Both the position numbers and the translations under genes were made by a program. The notes below the pieces were generated by a model, which saw only the letters and a program-made list of their open reading frames with translations, did no database searches and was not told the origin of the DNA. DNA of 62,983 bases, filler included, from Rhabdomonas costata (Eukaryota), in the NCBI GenBank assembly GCA_019059605.1. It is 52 parts of 52 records of this genome, joined end to end, with 100 filler letters (N's around TTAATTAATTAA, not from the genome) between each part and the next. Parts side by side here need not be neighbours in the genome. Positions count along the whole stretch, not along the records: positions 24,275 to 25,388 come from JAHMHO010027922.1; positions 25,489 to 26,602 come from JAHMHO010027923.1; positions 26,703 to 27,816 come from JAHMHO010027924.1; positions 27,917 to 29,030 come from JAHMHO010027925.1; positions 29,131 to 30,244 come from JAHMHO010027926.1; positions 30,345 to 31,456 come from JAHMHO010027927.1; positions 31,557 to 32,670 come from JAHMHO010027928.1; positions 32,771 to 33,884 come from JAHMHO010027929.1; 44 more parts are not named here. The stretch is one strand, 5' to 3'. Shown in pieces: positions 24,291 through 35,683 of this stretch (the first letter of the stretch is position 1; each line of letters starts with the position of its first letter).

Positions 24291-24390
24291 TGCGCGACGT
24301 CTCAGCTTCCCCGCGGGGACCAGCTTCAACGGCACGGTTGAAGGCCAGCGCATTCTTCGGCTGAAGAAAGTTGTACAGCAGGTCTTTCAC
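24291..24390 (-). CDS. Probable exon, hypothetical protein
   Basis: TCACAG acceptor then VKDLLYNFLQPKNALAFNRAVEAGPRGEAETSR with GC3 bias; runs to contig end. Confidence 0.45.
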
Positions 24391-26192
24391 CTGTGACGAA
24401 ATGACTAAATGAGATTGGGAGTGGGAAAGGTACATTCGGGAGTGGGAAAGGTGCATTCGGAGACGCAAGAGAGCAGCTGAGCCCCGAGATTAGTCTGAAA
24501 CTGAAACGGACAGCACAGATGTGGGCGAGCGTTTCTAGGTGCTCGATTTCTTTCTTCTTACACATTCCACGACGTCTTTGCGAGTTGAACCTTGGACACG
24601 GAGGGAGGCAGACTTTGCTTAGCAAATGTGAGGAAGTGCAACTTCAAAAAGGCAGCACCTGAAATGTGGTGTACGTCAGCCCCATTGTGCTAAAGCACGA
24701 CCGAAGTTCCTCCACATTCAACCCACGCCCTATGAAGGCCACAACGCGGAGAAAAAGAAAACGGTGCAAGCTCCATAGGGCGCCGTATAAAGCCTCAAGA
24801 TTCAGTGGCAAGCTTCTTTTCGGAATTTCGACAGCGCCCGAGGGTGTAGGAACAGACTTCAGCTTCGCGACACCAAAAAATGTCAGTGTGTCCACTCAAC
24901 TGTCAAAAAGCCATGAAAGCCCAAAAAACAAAAGATCACCGTTAAGATCAGCACACTGAAGGAAAAAAGATGAGTAAAAAAGGTAAGCACACGCTTTGCA
25001 CAGTTGCTGTCGTGTGCAGGCGGACTTGGTGAACCCTCTGGTACTTTCCAAATTGCTCCATATCGTCGATTCATATACAGTATTTGCCACTCGTCTCTCA
25101 GTTACACAAAAGTTTTAATTTTGAAAACGTCGGGGACCACTTCCGCCGATTACCCCTAGCACATTGAACACCTGCTGCACGGTCTGTCAGGAAGCCGTCA
25201 TACACCGCCTTGGCTTTGGCAACCAGGGAGGGAGCCAGATAAGGGCGCTCACGGTGCACAGCGGGCATCGCCGACCCATGAGAAGGCGGGGCTGTGAAAC
25301 GCAACCCAAACCACGGGCGAGGGTTTCGGGGATGGAGGCAGAGGTCAAACACAGCCCAACGCAAGCAAATAGAATTTCTGAAACACCANNNNNNNNNNNN
25401 NNNNNNNNNNNNNNNNNNNNNNNNNNNNNNNNTTAATTAATTAANNNNNNNNNNNNNNNNNNNNNNNNNNNNNNNNNNNNNNNNNNNNTGTGTTGGGTGT
25501 GGTGGGTGTTGTTGTGTTCCCTCGGTTTGTCGGCCTCGACGGAATTGAGCAGAATCGTCGCTGCGGGGGCTATTCAATGTGGTGGTGATGGTGGTGGGTG
25601 TGGTTGGCGTGACTGAGCATCCCGACCGAGGAGGTCTGTTTTCTCCCGATGCCATCCGAAGATAAGGAAAGATGTTGGCCGTCTGTGCCAAGCCACTCCC
25701 GTTCCGAGTCAAAGGTTCCGCAGGAAGGCAGGCTGTGGCAGTAGGCTTCCCAAAGCCGGGCCCAACCAAGAGCGAAGCCCACCACGGTACATGACAGCAG
25801 CACCATGGCTGTGAAGTACGCTCCGGAGAAGGAGCACGACCTCCGCCAAGCAAGCACAAACTCCGCTGCGGAGAACAAGAAACGGTACACTTGCACACAA
25901 GGCAGAGGTGACGCTGAGGTGCAGGGAGGGAGGCAGACAGAAAGACAATGACGACATACACATACAATACTCACTGGATTTTAAAGTGTTTTGTGAGCAG
26001 CACAAAAGGAACCAGCAGCAACTCTTTCGCTTGGTATACAACAGGCAAACTTTTTGGAGGCTAATCTTGATGAAAAATGGGGTGGATTTTCCAGATCTTG
26101 TCACCAAAAGGGTCGATGAAAGTTGTTATGAAAGAGAGGTTCACGATCTGAGAAGGATGACAGAAGTTAAGTAGAGAAAACGACACACGTAC

Positions 26193-26436
26193 CTCTTTGG
26201 TAGCAAGCCTCATGGTACAGTATGCCCACAATATGGGCCAAGTAGTCCAGTGCGGGGCCAACGGCAGTTTTCACCGTGGCTAGCAGCTCTGACAAGACCC
26301 TAAGTGAGGTCACACACGCATCGGCGGCTGCCCGGCGAAGGCTCTCCCACAGCTCTGGGCTACTGACGAGCTCCCAGAGGTGTCGCGTAAAGATTACAAC
26401 GACTGTGGCCACCTCACGGAGATCTGGAAGGGTCAT
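26193..26436 (-). CDS. Probable exon, helical hypothetical protein
   Basis: Open frame LPDLREVATVVVIFTRHLWELVSSPELWESLRR...ILYHEACYQR ending at AG|GTACGT. Confidence 0.45.
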
Positions 26437-29400
26437 CTGAAGCCCCATCAGTCCTCCTCCCCGCCCCAACACTGTACGGGCAATTCAGAATTCTCTCTGC
26501 ACCAAAAGCAAAGAGCTCAAAATAGGGTCTACACTAAAGGAATAGCAATGGGGGACACTTCACTGAAAAGCCGCTGGAGAAAAGAGAGTAAAAAAAGAAA
26601 AANNNNNNNNNNNNNNNNNNNNNNNNNNNNNNNNNNNNNNNNNNNNTTAATTAATTAANNNNNNNNNNNNNNNNNNNNNNNNNNNNNNNNNNNNNNNNNN
26701 NNGTGGTGGGTGCAAAAGAAAACGGGCAAAACGGGCAAGTGGGCGGGTGGTTCACGTTGGAATTAGGATGTTAAAACATGGCGAAGAAAATCTCGGTGAC
26801 AGACTTTTGAGCGTTGCAAATGATTTTGCAATTCTCGCGCAACAGTCACCGCTATTGGTTTTCACAAAGACAGCCGCCAAGGTGGAAGGTGAAGGAAAGA
26901 ACGAATGAGATACAACCGAATATCTTGGTGAAGCGTGCAAGGGCAAAACAAAAGTTGGCTTGCCCAGTCGTTGCCCACCGTCACGATGTGAAAAACATGC
27001 CAGTGCTAGACGAGTGGAAAAATCCATTTGCTTGGACCAAAGACCTTGATAATTCCATTCCATGCAATTTCATTTCTTGGAGAAGGGGGCCCTTCATCTT
27101 CTCTCCATCTTCGCTTTCATTACGTTGCCCTGCTCTGGTTCCTTTCCACTCTTTCCCCGGTTAAACCCTTAAACCGTGACACGCCTCTTTCAAGTCCGAA
27201 GGCGCTGTGTTTTTGTAGTTAATGCAACACATTAAATTTCAGAGTTGTTGGGGGAGGGATAAGGGACGTAAAATGTGGCAGTTGGGAACCAGTCACAGGA
27301 ATGTAACACTCGCTGTGCTTTCTCAGGTTCCGCCCAACTGCCATTTTGCATCCTTTACCTTTCCTTTAACGTATAACGTCCCCTCCTCTATTCGGTCTCC
27401 CCCTGCTACTCCTTACTCCCTAATACTCCCCACTTCTGATTTGGGTTTCGCTTTCCCCTCATGGTGTCTTTTTCCATTCTTTATTTTGCGCTCTGGATCA
27501 GAACTCCTCCTTATCAACGTGTAAAGGAAAAGAAAAGGGACAAAAGACGTGCAGACAAAACAGAAAGGATTACAAACGAAAGTCAAAAAGTAATCACACA
27601 GCGCCTCTTGAAAAAAAATGTTTTCCATATCATTGAAAACTGTAACAGAGTATATCCTAGGGCTAGAGCCTCAATCAGTTTTTGATGTTTCCCTGTCTTT
27701 TCATGTTCCTATGCATATCCATTGTGCCTTTTTTTTGCACCTTTGGAGAAAAGTGATGTCTTTTTCAAGCTACATTCTTCCGAAGCACACTCCCGAAACC
27801 TCGAAACCCCAAAAAANNNNNNNNNNNNNNNNNNNNNNNNNNNNNNNNNNNNNNNNNNNNTTAATTAATTAANNNNNNNNNNNNNNNNNNNNNNNNNNNN
27901 NNNNNNNNNNNNNNNNGTGGTGGGTGTGTTTGGTGGGGGTTTGGACTTTTATCGCCGCCCGCGCCTTGGCAAGAGACCTGCGGCCTCCCCCCCTTTCCTT
28001 TTTTTTTGCCCCCGCCAAGCACCACATTGACACACACATTCCGTTTCACCCACCTCTTTGTTTGGTGGAAATTGATCTTTCCTTGCAAGCACGGTAGGTT
28101 GACACAAAAAAATACGGTGGAAAAGAAGGGCCGAATCTAAGAGATGGAGGTTTTTTTGGTGGAGAGGCGCCGGAAATAGGCGTAGGGAGGCGCAGGGAAG
28201 TGGTGCGACCTTACGGGAAGCGGATCGTGAAGGTCAACGGCGTTGGGGCCGTAGGGAAAATGTGGGTGGTGGCGGGCCGCTGGTAGATGCATGGTCAGGT
28301 CCTTTACTTCCCCCCCCCCCCGCTGTGATCGTATAATTTCTGACGGCGGAGGCTTCTGAGAGAGGAACCTGCCAAAAAATTCTAATCGGCGCGGGGCAAA
28401 CGGGCACGCAGGAAAATCGCTGGAAAAGGTCCGTGCCACACGCTCGTGGGTTTGCGACGCGGTCTCCCGACAGAATGCCGGTGATCGAGATCGTTATTCC
28501 CGTCCGGGGTTGCTCGGCTAAGGGTGGGGGCCGGTACGCCACGTGCTGAACGGGGTGGTGAATTGGAGGCGAAAGGATTTTCAGTTTCTTCCAATTTGGG
28601 AACCGCACGGGTCGCACGGATGGCCAATTGACTTTGGCGAGCTGGTGGGCCCCACATTGAGCCCCCACATTTGAGAGAGAGATCGGGAGCAAACTGGCTT
28701 TACAAGAAACTAGGGGCCCGAACAAAACAACAGGCGCAATAAAGCCGGAATGCGCCACCAAAAATGCGCGGGCTGTATGGCGCAGAAAAGGGGGGGGGAG
28801 GGTAGAGCGGCAGATTGCAATTAAAGCGTTAAACAGAAGTCAGTGAAAATAAAGCAGGTCAACCAACATAAAAGTTCACCTCTGACGGAGAGAGTTTGCG
28901 TTATTTTTTTCATTAAAAACACCAAACACAGCAAAATTCAAGGATTACGGCCTGGGCTGAAGTGGTGCAATACCCCCACATTGCTCCCGGCACAAAAATG
29001 GCACGTCATCTCCTGAAACATAGCAAAACCNNNNNNNNNNNNNNNNNNNNNNNNNNNNNNNNNNNNNNNNNNNNTTAATTAATTAANNNNNNNNNNNNNN
29101 NNNNNNNNNNNNNNNNNNNNNNNNNNNNNNTGTGGTGTTGGGGAGAAGGAGAGAGTATACTGTCGGCATTCACTGCGTTCATGGCTCCTAGTCGACATTC
29201 ATACGCACCGCGTTCGTAATCATGTCTCCAAGTCGTCGCTCGTCACTGCGTTCCTCGCTCCTCCGCTTTCTTTTGATCACATTGATGGTTCACATTCGAC
29301 ATTCGCGATGCTCATGTCTCCTGTTCACGGTTTAACTTCGACTCTCACTCGCTGCGCTCGTTCGTGTATCCTACGGTTCCACTCGATATTCACTCGCGAC

Positions 29401-31686
29401 GCTCCGTTCATGTCTCCTCTTCACATCTCTGAGGTTATTCTTTCAGTCGTCGTTCCACCGCGGCGCGGTTCCACTGCCCCACCCTTGATCACGCACTCTC
29501 GGTACCTGGGGTGGAGGCATACCACGCATTCTCTTAACCCAACGCTCTCCCTCACTGAGGCATTCTCCGTCCGTCATTTGCTCGGACGCAGACGTCGTCA
29601 CGCGACACGCGGGTGGTACGTGATTCCTGCCTGAACTCGTGATGTTGTGATAAGCGGGGAAAGCATGGGAAGAATGGAAGCTATTTACAAAAATTAATTG
29701 ACCTAAGTTTTCGGGTCAAATCCGGTAGTTTTGTGGGGATGGGAGGTTTGGTCTAGCAAAGGGGGGTTTCCATTTAGATTCCTTTAGTTTTGGTCTATTG
29801 CGGGAGCAAATTTCAAAACAAGCCGGTAGGGTCAAAGGACCAAAAGGTCCGCGGGGGAAAAGCGGTACCCAAATAAACCAAAACAGGAAGAAAAGCAGGA
29901 AAAAGGCAACGGGTGTTGTGCAGGGAAAAGACAGTAGCAATGGTCAAGGGGGAATGGCCAGAACGGTGATTTGGCCAAAAAGGGAATTTCCCTTGAGGGA
30001 AAATGTGCGTGAAAGTATGTGTTGTGGGAGCATGTGTTTCCGGGCAAGGAGTGATCCTTGGCCGGGGGAGAAGACATTAGGAGGACCGTTACAAATTCTC
30101 CACTATGCTAGTTGCCACAGCCGCAGCTTTCCACCATACGCGTGCCAATGTCCCCTGCCAAATGGCGGCATTGATATTTCCGCTTCATTGGTGGGCTGGC
30201 TCAGCTCAAAGCGGTCTGCCCGCAGTGTCACACTACACAACACCNNNNNNNNNNNNNNNNNNNNNNNNNNNNNNNNNNNNNNNNNNNNTTAATTAATTAA
30301 NNNNNNNNNNNNNNNNNNNNNNNNNNNNNNNNNNNNNNNNNNNNGTTTTTTGGGGGCACCAATTCCTTCCATTGAAAACTTTCATTTTTTGAAACCGCGA
30401 CCCTACCCACCACCGCGACCCTAATCAAAATTGCCTTACATGAAAAACTTTCATTTTTTTTTAGAATTGCCCTTCCGGAGAGTACCTCGTTGGAGTTTGG
30501 TAAACGAAAAACGGTTTCCCGGCATTTCCGCTGGTTATTGTATTTTCAGAGACCGTGAAATAGCGCAACAAACTGCGTCACAGAAACAAAATAATGGCAA
30601 AACATGGCCTCTGGACGAATTGACGAATTTTCGAAAATCTCCGAATACCGTGGAATGATGTCCCTATAGCATCCCCCAAAAGCGCTAAATATGCCTGAAT
30701 TAACGCAAAAATAACGAAAAGAAACGATTCGGACACTTCGAGATATGACCCAAAAAAGTCGAAATTTTGGTCATTTTTGGGTCCTTGAAAATTTTCTAAG
30801 ACGAAATTTCTTTTCGAGTTTTTGTTTCATATCTCCTAGTGTACGTGTCCTTCACGGGAGATCATATGCTCTGGACAAGCGCAACAGGTCCCTGCGTCAT
30901 TCAAAAAATAACTGAGGAAAAATCGTTCAGGATACTTCGCTGGGCACGAGTGTTAGGGACTTAGTTACAGTTAGCCTTATATATGAGGGATTCAGTGTAC
31001 TCACTGTACTCCCGACCACCCACATTTGAATTGCCAAAGGTCGAAATCCTCTCACTTTCGGCAAAACCCTCCCTCTTCACAAAACTAGACATTGTAAACT
31101 GTTTTTTGTTTCCATTCCCTCCAATGTTTTATGCTTCCTTTCTTCTCGCGGAGTCGGGTCTTCTGCTAGGCGTCAAAAGCCCTGTCCTCAGGCGCACAAT
31201 CTCTTGGCTTGGCTTGGAAAAACCATAGACACGACCCACACGCCAATCCAAAGTCAAACACCGCAGTTTACCAGGACACTTGATGCCGCCCTCCTCGCGC
31301 TTCTCAAGCCTTTTTCCCCTGCCGCCTCCTGGACTCCTCCAATGGACCTCCCGACCTGCCTCAGAAATAAGTATTTTTCTCCCTTCCGTTTATCACACCG
31401 ATGTCCCCCCCGATATGTCCCACTTCCTTTTTGGCAACCCGTACTCGCTACTCCGTNNNNNNNNNNNNNNNNNNNNNNNNNNNNNNNNNNNNNNNNNNNN
31501 TTAATTAATTAANNNNNNNNNNNNNNNNNNNNNNNNNNNNNNNNNNNNNNNNNNNNTTGTGGGGGGGTTACAGGAAAAGGTGGAGAGGCTGTGAATGAAA
31601 ACGTGATTCGGGTAATCACTCCAGTGGCAGAGTTGTGCATCCCGCTTAAGCGTGTGCCTAAACCGCCACCAGCGTAGCCCTCTCAC

Positions 31687-32120
31687 CTGCAAAAGCTCGC
31701 AGGTGGCTTGCCGCCGAACCTCCAGGGAGTCCACCACCAACACCCGGGGGTTCCAGCCCTCCGTCAAAGAAAGCCGCACAGGAGACAGGTCCAAAGTGGC
31801 CCGGAGCTCCGCTGGAGCCTCGGGGCAACAGCAGGGCAGCCTTAGAGAAAAGCGGCAGCCCAGGCCCGCGCCACTGCTCGCCGCGCTGAGTTCGCCGTGC
31901 ATCCGGCGGGCCAGCCTCTGCGAGATAACAAGACCCAGGCCAGTGCCCCCATAGCGCCGGGTTGTGGAGCTGTCGGCCTGGGCAAAGGGCTGGAAAAGCC
32001 TCTGCAGGGCGGCTGCGGAGAGGCCAATGCCCGTGTCTTGAACGTCTACAGTGAACCATTCCCGGTCTCGGTCGACGCCACAGCAGATGGAGACCATCCC
32101 CTCATGGGTAAACTTGACGG
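31687..32120 (-). CDS. Hybrid sensor histidine kinase exon: HATPase_c domain plus start of a receiver-like domain
   Basis: (A)VKFTHEG (N box), VQDTGIG (G1), LFQPFAQADSSTTRRYGGTGLGLVIS (F/G2), GLGCRFSLRLP (G3), then RVLVVDS. CTCTCAG acceptor and CAG|GTGAGA donor. Confidence 0.95.
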
Positions 32121-32992
32121 CTGAGAGGCATCGGAAGAAGGGTGCACAAAGATGCCGGGGGAGGGGGGCATAAAGGATGGTGCGGCACTAAAAGGATGCG
32201 CAAATTTTCAATTTCAAACAAGCGGCTCGCCTGCTCTTCAGAAGCAAGGGAAATACGAAGCGCCGAAGCCAAATGGCAACGAACTTTTCAAAAGGAGGAT
32301 AGTTCTTGCTTTTGTGGAGGAGACAATTATCTTTTCGTGCATCCCATCATTAGCTCTCTTTCTCAAGGGCAGATTAGAGCGAAAGGAAACCGCAATACAA
32401 TGAACACTGCAAGCTCTCCATTCAGCTAAAGCAGGTCTTCCCTCCTCGTGAGCTTCCTGATTTGAAGCACTGTCTGATCTCGCTCTGTGATCCAGTGGTG
32501 CGAACAGGGAAAATTTCCTGAGTTTTTGCGATTCTCTCCTTTGTAAATTCGTTCTCCCTGCTTGGAGACAAAATTTAGGAAAACAAGTCCCTTTCCGCAA
32601 AGGCTGCTTGACTTGAGCAGCACTTTGTACAGCGTAGGCGTGATTTAGAAATGTGGAAAGCAAATTCAGCNNNNNNNNNNNNNNNNNNNNNNNNNNNNNN
32701 NNNNNNNNNNNNNNTTAATTAATTAANNNNNNNNNNNNNNNNNNNNNNNNNNNNNNNNNNNNNNNNNNNNGTGTCTCTTTCCAACCCCGAGACCAATCGA
32801 AAAAGAATATTTCTGAGCGCACCAGAAGTAATTGCACCTGTGTGCCTTTGGGTGGCACTCGCCCAATAGGCCACGGAGTTTCTGCAGTTGTGCAGTGGCT
32901 TGTTTGAACCTCTTCCTGCAGCCTGTCTGGCTGCTCCACCGATAATTCCCCTGACATTTCGTTCCTTGATCCCTTTCGCTTTTCTTTGCAAG

Positions 32993-33266
32993 GCCTGTGC
33001 AGTCTCCCTCGAGCTGCAGCACGGCGGACTCTGGGGATTCCCGGGACAGCGTGCGCTCGGGGTGGTGTGAAGATCCGCTCGACCGCGCCATGATTGGGCT
33101 CTGCCTGAGCGTGCTGGTGAAGCTGGGCCACGACCCAGGTTTTGCCGGGGAGATCCTGGAGTGGCTTCCCGTGGCCGACCTCGCGGAATATGTCTTCAAG
33201 GCTAACGACCCTCACTTGGACCTCCATGCCTCCGAGCTGGCGTCTGTGCTGAAAAACAATCCCAAA
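32993..33266 (+). CDS. Probable exon, helical hypothetical protein
   Basis: Pyrimidine tract + AG, GC3-rich frame DPLDRAMIGLCLSVLVKLGHDPGFAGEILEWLPVADLAEYVFK...NNPK, GT donor. Confidence 0.55.
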
Positions 33267-34219
33267 GTGTGTGACGTTATCCGCCACTCTTCGTTTTTTT
33301 CTTTATCTTGGAGGAATGTGCGTAGTTCAGCGTGCATGTCTTGCCTTTCTGTTCTCGCAACGTTGCCTTTGAAATGTCCGCAGCGACGGAAGATTTAATG
33401 TGCATTGAATGTGTTGCGACAACTTATTCGACGCAGTCAATTGATTCGCGTCATGGGCCCGATGACCCAAAGGTTTGCCCACGGGCTGATGGCCCCATTT
33501 TTTAAATGTTCGTGTCGTTCCCATCAGGAAATCCGGTTAGGGCGTGTGGGTTGTATTTGGAGTGTCCCGCTTCAGTTTTAGAATAGTTTTATGCCCCCCC
33601 CCCTATTTATTTCTGCATCCAATGAAAATAGCATTTCCTGCTTTTTCGTTTTTTCTGTGACAAGCTGGACGGTTCGAATGGATATCCTGGAAGATAGCGC
33701 GAGGGCCAACCCGATTCCCCTTCCAGGGATTTTCCCATCTTGTTAAGGCCGTATTGCTATTGTCCGGCACTTGGCGTGGTCACTAGACCGCGCGAATAAA
33801 AATCAAAGTTTCTGTTTTTGCTGCCCACCAGGCGTCTCAGCTACGCGAGGCTGCGGAGCGATGGCAGGGCAGCAAAAACAAAAANNNNNNNNNNNNNNNN
33901 NNNNNNNNNNNNNNNNNNNNNNNNNNNNTTAATTAATTAANNNNNNNNNNNNNNNNNNNNNNNNNNNNNNNNNNNNNNNNNNNNACGAAGGGAATGGCCC
34001 ATTGCTGGGGACTGTCACACCTACCTATTGCTGATACCTGAAGCGTCAATAACTAGGTTTGAACCTTGGGAACTAATTTTACCTCCAGCTCACCCCGGTG
34101 CAAACGCGCGATCAAAACTCGTGTCAAAGATACCCAAACGAAGGGCCTGAGAGAGCACACGATGGTGGTGCTAAGGCGCAAAGAACTCAGATCCGCCGCT
34201 GATCTCTGAGGAAACACAC

Positions 34220-35000
34220 AGGAGTTTGCACAGGAGGTGACCTATTCTTCGGAGAAGCGTCCACGGCAGCAGGAAGGGAGCGGTTCATGACCTCAACGGC
34301 GTTGCGAAAGCTGACTTGCCGAGGAAGCGGCCTTCTGGACAAGCGGCTTTCCGGAGCTGAGGTTGCTGCTGGGGCACCAGCTGGGGAGCCTTCCAAATTA
34401 TCTTTCCTGAGAGCACTGCGTGGGCTGAGGGCGCTTTGGCGCATGCAGGTGGAGCGAGGGCTGCATTCCACGATGCACTCGTTGACTTGCACAACCTAGA
34501 AGATAGCAAAAGAGCTGCGGGAGTGAGAGGAGCAACATTTAAAATCGAAAACGCTCGCATAATTATTAGGAGGTACTTATCATGTTGATGTGCAGAAAAA
34601 TCCTTAAGTGGGAGGGGGAGTACGGGGCCCACGTGCCATTTGAATGCTTAAAGGAATGTGGCAAGTTTTTGCTTTAGTGTTACCACCAAATTTTTCAGCG
34701 ATGCTGGTTGCGACATTAATTGTTCAGAAGGTTCAGAAGGAAAAACATAACACAAACCGTCGCAAGGAACCACGAAACCGCTGGCCCAGGGCCCACCCGA
34801 ACCAGATCCCCGTGGTCAAGTTCTGTTCCCGATACAGCCATCCCCAAGGGCATGGGGTCCGAGATGTTGAGCTTCGTTGGACTGAGCAGGGTCAGGCGAG
34901 TACCCTTGCCCGATTCGGAGAGCTGCTTTGCGCTGAGGTAAACCTGGCTCAGCCCGTGCTCCACGGCAAGCTCCTCAACGACGTCACGAAGGGGCTCTCC
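34220..35000 (-). CDS. Two probable exons (34758-35000 and ~34220-34495), hypothetical protein
   Basis: A phase-0 GT-AG intron (34496-34757) joins GEPLRDVVEELAVEHGL...SWFLAT to VVQVNECIVECSPRST... in frame. Confidence 0.5.
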
Positions 35001-35379
35001 CTTAGGAGACGAGAGTACAAAGCATGCATGGAAGAAGTGGCTTCTGCAGGTCTCAGACACCCTGAAAAATACTTCCCTCTGTAAGGCCACCAAAACANNN
35101 NNNNNNNNNNNNNNNNNNNNNNNNNNNNNNNNNNNNNNNNNTTAATTAATTAANNNNNNNNNNNNNNNNNNNNNNNNNNNNNNNNNNNNNNNNNNNNGGG
35201 GGGGAATCACTCAGATACGAATGTCCTGAGTGATTTCCCCAGCCGCGATTCTAAATGGGCGGTGGCGAGGTTTTGAAAAAGCAAGCAGACTTATGAAATG
35301 CCCAGCAGGGGCTCTTCATATGCACACCCAGAGTCAGGTTCGGCTCGGAGCGCTGCCTCCGTGTGCCCCTTTTCAATCC

Positions 35380-35683
35380 CCGCCTCCTCAGCCGAGGACC
35401 GGGCCTCCCTGAGATGAGCCACTGGCTCTGGCCCCTCTACCGCAGCCACGCGAAAGTTCCCCAGCAAGGGGCTGTACCCCTGAATGCTTTCCAAGGTGAG
35501 CAGAAGCTCCCCGTAGGGCAGCACCCCCGGGGGCTGGGGAGCAGCGGACGGGGAGCCCTCCGGAGGCTCGGGGGCACGGGCGTACCGCCGGCAGAGCAGA
35601 GAGAGCTCACGACCCTCCAAGGGGATGCCATGCTGGCGCAGAACGGCTTGCAGAGACTTTGCCGATATCACTCCGGTGCGTCC
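35380..35683 (-). CDS. Probable exon with a degenerate EF-hand pair
   Basis: GRTGVISAKSLQAVLRQHGIPLEGRELSLLCRRY...GVLPYGELL resembles non-canonical EF-hand pairs (tG.Is...L...L...gi.L...El..L...y...G.l.Y.e). 3' boundary uncertain. Confidence 0.5.

Noticed and set aside
15082..32120. Receiver and kinase fragments as a linked operon-like system
   Set aside because: They are on different contigs whose order appears to reflect size sorting, so proximity has no meaning.
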